A DNA stretch of 62,890 nt, the filler included, from Reclinomonas americana ATCC 50394 (lineage: Eukaryota): NCBI GenBank assembly GCA_048213135.1. It is 7 parts of 4 records of this genome, joined end to end, with 100 filler letters (N's around TTAATTAATTAA, not from the genome) between each part and the next. Parts side by side here need not be neighbours in the genome. Positions count along the whole stretch, not along the records: positions 1 to 20,490 come from PS015508.1; 6 more parts are not named here. One strand, given 5' to 3'. Made by a program: the position numbers and the translations under genes. Below the pieces are notes generated by a model. That model did no database searches. It was not told the DNA's origin and saw only the letters and a program-made list of their open reading frames with translations. Of this stretch, positions 1 through 11,100 are shown one piece after another. Each line of letters opens with the position of its first letter. Positions within the stretch are counted from its first letter, which is position 1.

Positions 1-999
1 CGTGGTCGCATGGCGGCCGAACTGAAGGCGCCATCTGCAGCAGCGGCCGTGGCACGAGAGCCCGAAACAATGGCCGAGAAAGCACCGCCAGTACCAATGG
101 CAGGGCCACTCGACACTTGCTGCTTGCTCGAGTGCAGCTGTGCATACGACGACGACGACGACGATGATGTGCCTGTCCGTGTGGGGGCGGCGGTTGCACC
201 CACCACCGAGGTAGTCGACTGCTGCCGACCGGCACTCGGTAGCGGTACAGGACTGATGCCGGTCACCGAGGCCGCCGTCGCCGCAGCAGCATAGCCGGCG
301 GCCGAGGCGGGTGGTGGCTGGGGACGCTGCTGCACGGCAGCATTCAAGGTGCGCAACTGGCCCAGCACATCGGAACGACCCATGGCCTGTCCGACAGCAG
401 AGGAGCTGGCGGTGGGGGACNNNNNNNNNNNNNNNNNNNNNNNNNNNNNNNNNNNNNNNNNNNNNNNNNNNNNNNNNNNNNNNNNNNNNNNNNNNNNNNN
501 NNNNNNNNNNNNNNNNNNNNNNNNNNNNNNNNNNNNNNNNNNNNNNNNNNNNNNNNNNNNNNNNNNNNNNNNNNNNNNNNNNNNNNNNNNNNNNNNNNNN
601 NNNNNNNNNNNNNNNNNNNNNNNNNNNNNNNNNNNNNNNNNNNNNNNNNNNNNNNNNNNNNNNNNNNNNNNNNNNNNNNNNNNNNNNNNNNNNNNNNNNN
701 NNNNNNNNNNNNNNNNNNNNNNNNNNNNNNNNNNNNNNNNNNNNNNNNNNNNNNNNNNNNNNNNNNNNNNNNNNNNNNNNNNNNNNNNNNNNNNNNNNNN
801 NNNNNNNNNNNNNNNNNNNNNNNNNNNNNNNNNNNNNNNNNNNNNNNNNNNNNNNNNNNNNNNNNNNNNNNNNNNNNNNNNNNNNNNNNNNNNNNNNTGA
901 CTCGGTGAGCATCGGTTCGTCGGTGGCCGCCGCCGGTCTCTCTCTCATGCAGGAGGCGTCGTCGCGATCTGCCGGACTGTCTTGGCGATGAGCGTCCAT
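1..999 (-). CDS. Hypothetical Ser/Ala/Gln-rich protein, partial (runs off the left edge, interrupted by a gap)
   Basis: The minus frame is open over 420-1 (SPTASSSAVGQAMGRSDVLGQLRTLNAAVQQRPQPPPASAAG...) with GC-rich coding-like composition. A possible start exon lies at about 999-898 (MDAHRQDSPADRDD...). No recognisable domain. Confidence 0.35.
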   Translation of the reverse strand, partial: MDAHRQDSPADRDDASCMRERPAAATDEPMLTESXXXXXXXXXXXXXXXXXXXXXXXXXXXXXXXXXXXXXXXXXXXXXXXXXXXXXXXXXXXXXXXXXXXXXXXXXXXXXXXXXXXXXXXXXXXXXXXXXXXXXXXXXXXXXXXXXXXXXXXXXXXXXXXXXXXXXXXXXXXXXXXXXXXXXXXXXXXXXXXVPHRQLLCCRTGHGSFRCAGPVAHLECCRAAASPATTRLGRRLCCCGDGGLGDRHQSCTATECRSAAVDYLGGGCNRRPHTDRHIIVVVVVVCTAALEQAASVEWPCHWYWRCFLGHCFGLSCHGRCCRWRLQFGRHATT

Positions 1000-1189
1000 C
1001 TCTCTCCCTCACTCTCTTTTCTCCACCTCTTTTTGTAGTTGCTTGTTAAGTTTGAAACACACTCTCACTTGTTTTGCGTCTCCTTACTTGTTGTATCAAC
1101 GCGACAAAAAAATGCACATTGGATTTCTGTTTGCGTAGATGCGGAAAAGGGGACGGGCGAATGGGGAGGAGGAGGGGGGAAGGTGCACG

Positions 1190-1660
1190 CACTTCATTCA
1201 CCAACAAACAAGCAGCAGCTGTCTTCCATGACAAAGTCCGAACAGGGCGTCGACAACTCATCAATGCGCTGGGACCAATACAACAACATGCAACACCAAC
1301 ACCAGCAGCTTCCCCGCCACGACAACAATTCATTCACCAACAAACAAGCAACAGCTGTCTTGATGTGACCAAATCCAACCCTACCCAAAACATCAACAAA
1401 ACACCAGTGTTGAAGGAAGCATCAGGCTTCTTTAGCGTGTTCGCTCTCGGAGTCCTCAACCAAGAACAATTCATTATTCACCAACAAACAAGCAACAGCT
1501 GTCTTGATGTGGCCAAATCCAACCCTATCCAAAACATCAACAAAACGCCAGTGTTGAAGGAAGCAGCAGGCTTCTTTAGTGTGTTCGCTCTCGCAGTCCT
1601 CGACCAAGAACAATTCATTCACCAACAAGCATACAACAGCTGTCCAGATGACCATGTCCA
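1190..1660. repeat. Degenerate tandem repeat, about 140-bp unit, four copies of the core
   Basis: The core TTCATTCACCAACAA(AC)AAGCA..AGCTGTC recurs at about 1193, 1329, 1473 and 1613. The two middle units are nearly identical over their full length. Confidence 0.85.
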
Positions 1661-1782
1661 ACCATATCCACATCAACACAAGCGAGGGCAGCAGCAGGGA
1701 GCTTCGAACAAGTCGAGAACTGACCGCATTGGCGTGGTTGAACAGTGGATTAGAAGCTGCATACAATGACACATTAACGCTT

Positions 1783-2264
1783 TCACTGAGAGGCTTTACG
1801 CGCGGTCGCCTGCTGCTGCTGCTGATGGAGGCGATCCACGTCCACGTCGATATCCTGCACGAACAAGTCAGGAGACTACATAGGTGGGGAAACAACAACT
1901 CAACAGCACGCACATCCACATTCCACTCGTCGCCATCGGCCAGCATGACGCGCACGTCGTGGCGCAGAATAATGTCACGCATTTCGCGGTCCTGACGACG
2001 GCGGAGAATGCGTCGCCCCACGGCGATTTCATGCAGGTGATCGATGCGGTCGTGTGCGTCCGACACGAGGTCCGAGCATGATTCGAGGGTTTCCTGGGAG
2101 ATGGGGGAGAGGGAAGGGAAGGATGGGGAGGATAGGCACAGAAATGAGCAAATGGAGAAGGAGGCAAAGGCAGGCAAGAGCGCGGGAGAGGGACAGGGAG
2201 GATAGGGGAGAGAAAGAGAGAGGGAGAGGGAGAGGGAGAAAGAGAGAGAGAGAGAGAGAGAGAC

Positions 2265-2301
<37 letters not shown>

Positions 2302-2697
2302 GTACGACGAACGAANNNNNNNNNNNNNNNNNNNNNNNNNNNNNNNNNNNNNNNNNNNNNNNNNNNNNNNNNNNNNNNNNNNNNNNNNNNNNNNNNNNNN
2401 NNNNNNNNNNNNNNNNNNNNNNNNNNNNNNNNNNNNNNNNNNNNNNNNNNNNNNNNNNNNNNNNNNNNNNNNNNNNNNNNNNNNNNNNNNNNNNNNNNNN
2501 NNNNNNNNNNNNNNNNNNNNNNNNNNNNAATGCGTTTTCCCTCCTTCTCTCTTGCTACCGCTTTTCCTCTTGTTTTCATGCACTTCTGCTGCGTTTTCAT
2601 CATCATCATCATCATCTTCTTCTTCTTCTTCTTCATGCTGTTCCTCTTGATCTTCCTCGGCCGTGGAAGCCGTGCGGCGACGAGGTGGGCGGCCCAT
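1783..2697 (-). CDS. Small hypothetical protein with acidic N-terminal tract (multi-exon, gap inside)
   Basis: ATG at 2697 (MGRPPRRRTASTAEEDQEEQHEEEEEEDDDD...). Exon ETLESCSDLVSDAHDRIDHLHEIAVGRR...DEWNVD follows a CT-rich intron. Last exon DIDVDVDRLHQQQQATARKASQ* ends at 1783. Confidence 0.45.
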
Positions 2698-2975
2698 TAA
2701 GTTGCCCGTTTTTTTCGCGCCCTTATGCCTCTTGCGTATGCGTGTGTGTGTGTCTGCGCGTGTCAAGGGATGCCCTACACTGCGCTGACAAACTTGCGTG
2801 TGTTTTACAAAAGCACAAGTTTTGCGCGCCTTTTGTAAATCGACAATGTGCGCGCGTTTGTGATGCGTTTTCGTCCTTCTCTCTCTTTTCTGCTACTGCT
2901 CATTATCGTCATCATCATCTCCTTGATCTTCTTCTTCGTGTTGTTCTTTCATTCTAATTGTGCGCAACAAGCCTG

Positions 2976-4233
2976 TCAAGACATTGTGCGAGCCTGATCG
3001 ACAACCACGTCAAGATCAAGCGGAAGAACGACTCCGCTTCGTTCATCGACAGCCGCCTCCGAATGCGCAAGCTGGGACTCTGGGCTGCCAGTGGCGCTGG
3101 AGTGCGTTGAGCTGGATCCCGAAGCCACAGAGCCATCGTGATCCTCCTCCACAAGCGCTGCTTCCGAGGCCGCTGAGAGCGGTGGTGGTGGTGGTGGCGG
3201 CTCTGCCGACACAACTGCTCGCTCCGCATCCGGTGTCGTGCACGTGCTCACATGCACACGCTGTGGGGCCTGTCAACTCACACGATGTACACACACAATT
3301 GTATATACCACTCGCACATACCTCCACTATCATTGGTGCTGTCGGCTGCACCATGAACGCGTGCATCAGAGCGTCGCCGGCCAGCAGACGCTCCTCGGGC
3401 TCCATCACCGTCAGCCTCTTGAACAACTTGGCTGCCTGCTGCACGTACTTGGGGCACATCTCCTGCCCAGAGTGGCAGCGGTGCATCGCAGGCACCTCGT
3501 CCAGCATCACTTCTCGCGCCACATCGAGAACCTCACTCGGCTCGAACGCCACGAACCCGTCGCTATCGCCATGCAGCAAGCAGCCCGACATTACCTCCAC
3601 CAGCAGCAGTCCGAGGCACCACGAGTCGGCGGCCGTCGAGTACTGCGGGAGTTCGTCCATGTCGCAGTCCGACACAAAGATCTCAGGCGGCTGCTCACGT
3701 GCACAGGTCATTCTCTCCTTCGAATTCTGCAACAAGAAAAAAACACATCGCAGACATAGATACCTGGTATCCGTACGTCCCAGCACCTCCCGACACCAGA
3801 CCGTCTCTGTTCAGCTTGCGCGCGTGGCCAAAGTCGCCAAGTACGGCTCGTCGGTGCTCACGGCTGTAGAAGACGTTGCCGAGACGAACATCGCCATGCA
3901 CAACACCGCAGCGGTGAGCGTACGCCAGCGCACGCGTCACGTCCGTCATGTACTGCCGCACTTCACTCTCGTCGAATGGATCCGGCACGTCGTTGCCGTA
4001 AAACGGCATGCTGAATCCGAACCAGTCTCGCTTCTGGCGATGCCAGCCGTGCGCGATGACCGACGGCAAGAACGTGACGTCGTCGCTCCCCAACACCCGC
4101 CGCAGCACCACGGCTTCAGCTCGTACGCTGTTCGCCTCGCGTTTCTCCCGACTCCTTCCCCACTTGGTCACAATGCGTCGCTCTGCGACACGCCAACATC
4201 GCTTGCATAAGTCACAAGAAAAATACACACGCG

Positions 4234-4295
<62 letters not shown>

Positions 4296-5344
4296 TACAT
4301 ACATACACATACATACACACATACATACACACACAGCAGTGCACACACAAATGAACGAACCCTTGTCGACCACCACCACAACGTGTGCCTCAGAGCGGAG
4401 GACGTCGACAGTGTCAACACCGGGTCCAGGCAACGGCAACAGTGCATCCTCGTTGAGATTGTCACTCGCCGCCACCTCCTTGTCACTCTTCTTGCCGTCA
4501 TCGAGACAACCAAAGAAGCTTGTCGATGAGATTTCCGCGGGCATCAACGACACCATTTCAACACGAGGAATGTCAACAACAAGTCCTGTGCGGGCCCTCG
4601 CCCCACTCTGGCAGTCGCGAACCAAGTGCGCAGTGTGGCGAACAGCGCGAAATACGCGCAATTGAGCTTGCAGCAGCGACGCCACAGATCCGACTCCTGC
4701 GATAAGCCACACATAAAGTGATCAGCAAGACCAAGTGCGTCACAGTACACACAAATCGAATTTGCACAAAAAAATACGAAACGAAAGCCAGCGACGCCAC
4801 CCTCTTCAAAGTCCCAGGTACCAATCACCGTGACGCGAACGCCAGAGACACGAACATCACCGGACGCCCCGTTGACATTGAAATATGGAGCGAACTGCCA
4901 CAGCGACAGGCCAAGAGGCGCCAACAGCCAGCTGAAGAACACGGCGTCCTGTGCCGTGGAGTTGCCAATCGCAATCAGCAGCGTCTTCAAGCACGCGCAT
5001 CCGTTGACAACGGTCTTCACAAAGTCAGCGTGGAACGCGGTGGTGCTGAACAGGCGCTGAAAGGCGGTGAACGAATACCTGTGCAGACGAGGATAAGGAC
5101 GCATCTTGCAAATAAAAGTGGACTGTGTGAAAAGATGACGCGCACCAAGAATCAACTGCAAGCGCTCCGTACTCCATCTGCATCTCGGCGTCGGCGGTCA
5201 CATAGTTGATGCCAAGCCTGTCGCGGTCGTGGACAAGCAAGTCCGCACGTTTCGCCTTCTTCCCTTCTTGCACTGCGTAGACAAGTATCAGTCTTAGACG
5301 ATCGCAAAGATTCAAACTATGGTATACACACACTCACACACACA

Positions 5345-5376
<32 letters not shown>

Positions 5377-7843
5377 GCAAATCACACACGTACATGCACA
5401 GTCCTGTTGCGCCTGAAACAACTTGGGAAGGGAGCTGGCATATGGCTGCGTCAACATCTCGCCCATCATGTTGATCATGGTGGTTCCACACACGTACTTG
5501 CGTGCTGTCGGGCACACAAGTAAGACGCAGTGCAGCCCCGTGAATTTCCCTTGAGCCAACACACCGTTGTATGCGACTTGCGTCATTGCATACCCGCGAA
5601 ACGTCCACAGCATGCGACTCAAACCAAGAGTCGCGTGCTGCAAAAATGCACTCTCCTCCGGTGCGAGGAGACCGGGAGGAAGGGCGCTCATCACATCTTG
5701 TGTCACAGTGAAACTGCGTAACACGATGACGTCTCAGATCAGCACCCTTGTTGCACAAGTCGACGGTGCATGTGTAACTGCGAGGCGTCGCGTTGATGCT
5801 CATCGACCACAGCAACGAGTCGACTCACCAGCTCGATCTCCTCATCAGTGAGCAACGGTGCCCATGATCCATTGTGTGGCACGGCGTGAATATGAGCACG
5901 CGGCGTGCACTCGCGGAGACGACGAATGGCGTCGAAATTCGGCGCTCCAAACACGTCTGTGTGCCGCCACAACAGCGCTTGTGGGTGCGCGGTCGACAGA
6001 GAGAGGGAAGCAGACAAGAGAGATGCAGAGGCAAAAGGGAGGCAGGCTTCAGACAGAGGAGAAGAGAAAGAAAGAGACAGAGAGAGAAGAATTCGATTGA
6101 AAACAGAGAGAGAGAGAGAAGGGATACAGACATGAAGAGAGAGAGGCAGAGGCACAAGGGAGGCAGGCTTGTACAGGAGAAGAGAAAGAAAGCGACAGCG
6201 AGAGAAGAATTTGATCGAAAGGCACGCAAAGAGAGAGAGAGGGGGGAGAGAGAGAGAGAGAGGATACAGACATGCAGAGAGAGGGAGGCAGAAAAGAGAG
6301 ACGCAGATGCAAAAGCGAGGCGGGCTTCANNNNNNNNNNNNNNNNNNNNCTCGCTTCTCTTTCTTTCTGTTTCCTGTACTCATTGCTCTTCCTCAAGCCT
6401 GCCTCTTTTTTGCCTCTGCCTCCCTCTCTCTGCATGTCTGTATCGCCTCTCTCTCTCTCTCTCAGTCTCTGTGCCTTTCGATCGAATTCTTCTCGCTGTC
6501 TCTTTGTTTCTGTTCTCCTGTACTCATTGCTCTGTCTGAAGCCTGCCTCCCTTGTGCCTCTGCCTCCCTCTCTCTGCATGTCTGTATCCCTTCTCTCTCT
6601 CTCTGTGCTTTCGATCGAATTCTTCTCTCGCTGTCTCTTCTCCTGTACTCATTGCTCTGTCNNNNNNNNNNNNNNNNNNNNAACTTGCACGAGGTGCTGC
6701 CGGAAGAGAGGGATGAAGTAGCAGCGGAAACGCTGTTCCGTCAACACCTCCAGTGGTACCAGCTAGTTGGTGCCGACGGAGATCCGACTGCGGCGGCGTT
6801 CAGTCAACAGCTGCAAACGGGTGCGCAGCGATTGCTTGTCTCTCTCTCTCTCTCGCTCTCTCTCTCTCTCTCAGTCGCTCTCTCTCTCTCTGTGTATGTG
6901 TGTGTGCTTTCGATCGAGTCCTCCCTCTCTCTGCATGTCTGTATCCCTTCTCTCTCTGTGTATGTGTGCCTTTCGATCGAATTCTTCTNNNNNNNNNNNN
7001 NNNNNNNNNNNNNNNNNNNNNNNNNNNNNNNNNNNNNNNNNNNNNNNNNNNNNNNNNNNNNNNNNNNNNNNNNNNNNNNNNNNNNNNNNNNNNNNNNNNN
7101 NNNNNNNNNNNNNNNNNNNNNNNNNNNNNNNNNNNNNNNNNNNNNNNNNNNNNNNNNNNNNNNNNGCCGCGAATGGACAGACCTGCCGCTACCGCGGCGT
7201 CGGTGAGCAGCTTCGCAGCCACATCCTTCGCGATGCCAAGAGCGCTCCGGGTGACCACGTGGACGCAAATACGAAAATCTAGACCTACGCAAGCGAGTGG
7301 GTCAGCCTGCGCGCGCGCGAAGCAGAGTGTCCGTACGCACACAAACCATGGTAGCTGAAGTGCAAAGGCTTCCCAGCACGCAGGAGCTCACACAGGGAGG
7401 AGTCCACCACTGCGCGGACGAGAGAAGTCACTGAAGGCAGCTGGTCAGTGAGCGACAGCACGTCGTCGTTGTGTAAAGGCGTGCCCAACCTTGATCGATT
7501 TCGGCAATGTTTGTGTAAGCGGCGTTGATGAGCTGACCGCGAAGAGCCTCGGAAAGAGCTTGCGCTGCACACGATGCTGTCCTTGTGAGCGCACACGAGA
7601 GCAGCAACATGTTGCAGATTGAATGCAACACCTTTGTTCGTCGCCTCATCACGGATGATCAGTGGCACTGCGGTCGGAGGCTGCTGCTGTGTGGGCACAG
7701 CCGAGGACGAGTCTGTGTGTGGGGGAAGTGATGGGTGACAGAGGAGGGAGAGGGGGAGGGGGGTGGAGAGAGGGAGAGAGGAGGCTGAGAGAGATTGTCT
7801 TACCTGCAGAAGAAGCGCACTCCTCTGCACGCTGTTGTGACAT
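2976..7843 (-). CDS. Large multi-exon protein: unknown N-terminal region, putative PD-(D/E)xK nuclease-like domain, C-terminal non-RD Ser/Thr kinase (Crinkler-like architecture)
   Basis: Kinase motifs: IVTK (VAIK equivalent), alphaC Glu in RAEAVVL, HGDVRLGN (3898-3875), DFG (about 3830), spliced GTYGYQ|PPE, DSWCLG, PEERL. Upstream exons chain via GT-AG introns, including KRADLLV...DAEMQ (about 5252-5177). Putative start MSQQRAEEC at 7843. The kinase call is secure; the single-gene model and nuclease call are less so. Confidence 0.65.
5995..6988. repeat. Intronic GA/CT-rich degenerate tandem repeat (about 120-bp unit)
   Basis: The unit containing GAGAAGAATTCGATCGAAAGGCAC...GGATACAGACATGCAGAGAG...AGGCAGGCTT repeats at 6000-6330 and appears reverse-complemented at 6350-6661 and 6900-6988. 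Confidence 0.8.
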
Positions 7844-8145
7844 GGTTGGCTCACAAGGAGTGTGATCAAAGTGTGGGATTTGCTGTAGATCGTCATGAAA
7901 GTGCCACAAGGTAAAGTGAGAGCAGCACGCACAGCAGGACGCGTTTGACGTTGCGGTCTTCGCTGTTGCAGACTTCCGAGGCACCAGTGAACTGCAACGA
8001 GTCAACAAGACAGTTGTTGTTTCTGGTGGCGATGTCGCTTCCGACGCGTCGACGACACACACAGCAAGCCACTCCGGATCCAACCTCCAAGAGAAACTTC
8101 AAGCACACTCGCGTACACAGGAGCCACCAGAATTCATGATCGTGC

Positions 8146-11100
8146 TCAATGATTTCTTCGACCAACCATGTTTCGCAGGTGCCTCTGCAGGTCTTCAAAC
8201 CAGAAACCACGGCACGTCTCCATCACGGCACGGATAATCTGCATCTTTTCTTCGTCGATGCCCAGCAGCTTGTTATCATTGAGGATGGCCACCCGACAGT
8301 CGGCCTCTGTCAGTAGTGATTTACCGGACGGCAAAAGAACGGCATTGATTTTTTGGACCTACAACAAGTCGTCAACAGAAATGGCACCACAATTAACTCT
8401 GCATGTGACGCACCTGGAGAGCCCACGTCTCGCGCACCTTGCGAGCTACCTTGGTCACCAGTGCTGCACCCTCGAGTCCGTCGTCCATCTGCGAGTCTAT
8501 TACGTCGAGGATGACTTCATCAGCCTTGTTCAACCTGCGACGATATACAATAGACAGGTCAAACAATGCGGAGCCATCACTGCTTCCTCCCTCGCAGTTC
8601 ACTCACAATACGAAGCGATTGTCGAACGATGGCGTCTTGCTCAGCTGCGCAAAGGAGAACAGGCAAAGTGAATTTTAACTAAAACTCGTTTGCACACATG
8701 GAGCAGCGTCTTCTCACTGTTTGAACGACTGTGGCCTCATCCATGTTGATGTCCATGAGACTGAATATGACGTACGTGAAAGAAGACAGCTGCATCCGAC
8801 TTTAGTATCGAGATTGCAAAAAGTGAAAGAAACATGGCAATCGTACCTGAGACATGTCGCGGAATGCCTTTCGAACGCTCTCACTCACATCATTGCCACC
8901 CGGCACGTCCACGACTCGAATGCGCCTATCGATCTCAGGAATGTCGACAAGATGAACGGATGGCTGCAAGAATAGTATGTCATTCAGCAGTGTCATTTTG
9001 CACGTCGACAGAAATGACATCACCTGCTGCGTGCGCTGATACTGAAGAGCGCCGTGTACCAAGTTAAGGGTCGGGAACAGCTTGTTAAGCGTGAACGACT
9101 TGCCCGTCTGTGCGGACCGACAAACACGATCATCAACTATTGTGGCAGTTATCTTACTCCCTGCGGAACAACAACGCAACATTCGACGTGCCACAAAAGG
9201 CAATCGCCTCAAAGCAAATCAATGCTTCGCGCAAGTCGGCCACTGGCGCTACTGTCAGCAGCTGGTGCAGTATCATGGCTCGCTGCGGGGGAGCGATCCG
9301 ACGCAGACGCGATCCTGTACCAAAAGAAATATGGTCATCAGAAGCAAGTGCCTGACGCCAGCAGCACAAGCGAGTGACGACTGCAAACCTGGCTTTGTCA
9401 ACGCCTTCCAAGTTTCGTCGTCGTCATCCACCGCCCTCTGCAACCAATCTCGCAATTCATCTCGTGGAGCCGTCGCGCTGGGACGCCCTGGAACGATTCG
9501 ATCCAGAAGCTCCACCAGAGCTCGTTCAGCACGCAGGGTGCTTCCACCTACATTGTCTCGCAAGTCCGTTCTGATGTGCTCGTCTACGTTCAAGTCGTTG
9601 CATAGCAACAACATTCGCGACTGATGCCCGTATGTCCACGCATACTCACGATAATGGACGTCATTATGCACAGCGACAGGAAGCCGCCACACTCGGCGAA
9701 CCGCACTGATGAAGGCACTTGGCTTAAACACCAAGGGGACTGCGCGCAATCAAAAATTAGGTGCGCGAGTGAATGCACACTCGAGCTCCTTTTAAAAACT
9801 GTGATCACCTACACCGAGAACTCCAAACACCGCCTGCCCCAGAGTGTCAGCACCTTAATCATCGATGCAGGAGAACCGAATCATCGACTTACCCCCGAAG
9901 CAAACAACCCATATGGGACGAACTTGGCGGCAATATGTCCCACTTTCTGCCAGCTTGTGTTCTCGATGCACAATGGCTGAAGCAGTATCCAGAATGAGCA
10001 CAGTTGATATCGCTTGGAAACGGCAGCCATCTTCACTGAGACGCAACGACAAAGATTGAAAAGTAGCGCTCCATCGCGATAAACCAGGAGCTGAACCTGT
10101 TGGTCGCATGAGATGCAAACCAACAACAGCAGCGAAGATGTAATCCGACGTTACCGCAGTGGAACACAGTCTTGTTGGAGCACTGGCCGATTGGAGCGCC
10201 AGATGTTGGACCACGGCGGAGCATCTTCATCTTTTGTGGTACACTGCAACTCAGTAAGAAAATTTTGCGTTAAAAGGAAGCATACGTGCGCAACGGTCTG
10301 CAGCAGCCACATCGTCCGGATCTCCGCTAGCTACACCAGCGGCGTCGGCATGTAAATGCGTCTCAGCACCGTGGCGAATGTGAAAGTCAATGTCGGCCAA
10401 GCGAAGTTCGCTTTGCGGACACAGCTGATACATGGTCTCCTGGTGAAACCCAGACAGTGCAGCAAAGTTCGTGTCCACAGAGGCTAGGCGCTCCTCAATA
10501 TCTTCCTTGAACGCAATCGGCAATGTTGATTTGGAATTCCTGTCCTTTTTTGTTTTGAGCAGTCGAAGCACCGTGGTAAGTGTGCCACAAACGTGCTGCA
10601 TAAAAACGAAGTGAACAGAAGCAGCCAATACGCGAACTTTGAGTGGCACGAACTCACCGATGGAATCTCCTCAGATGCTGTCCACTGACGATTCCATGCA
10701 TTCATCATTCCAGTTACGTGTTCCTCAACGAACCGTAAATGCCGTTGTGCTGGCACAGGATCCTCAAGTCGCGGATTGCTGTCGATTGCACGTCGCTCCT
10801 CGCCGACTGCATCGCCAAGATGCTGCAAGTAGCAGCCAGCAGCCAGCAAGTAGTCGATCGGAATTAAGGCCACCATATCGCGGATGGCAGACAGCAAATC
10901 CTGCATGCAACAGCACACAATTAGTATCAACATGTTTTTCTGTCCTGCGTGTCACTGACCATACACGTGGAGTCCTGTTGGTGCCCTTGAATGCCTTGGA
11001 GCGGTCGGCGGGGCTGATCTTGGCGCACGAGCTCGACAATTCGAATCGCCCGAATAGTCCGGAGAGCAAGAAGCACAAGCTCGACTGGATCAAGTTTTGA

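Noticed and set aside
2960..4210. 416-aa plus-strand ORF
   Set aside because: It is the antisense shadow of the kinase exons in GC-rich sequence and has no motifs.
5995..6661. Long inverted repeat suggesting a MITE or hairpin
   Set aside because: The two arms are separated by 20-N gaps and the neighbouring contig is demonstrably flipped, so this is most likely an assembly orientation artefact.
6760..6770. In-frame TAG on the minus strand suggesting stop-codon readthrough or recoding
   Set aside because: It is explained by contig inversion, because the plus strand joins the upstream exon in frame. TAG is used as a normal stop in the P450.
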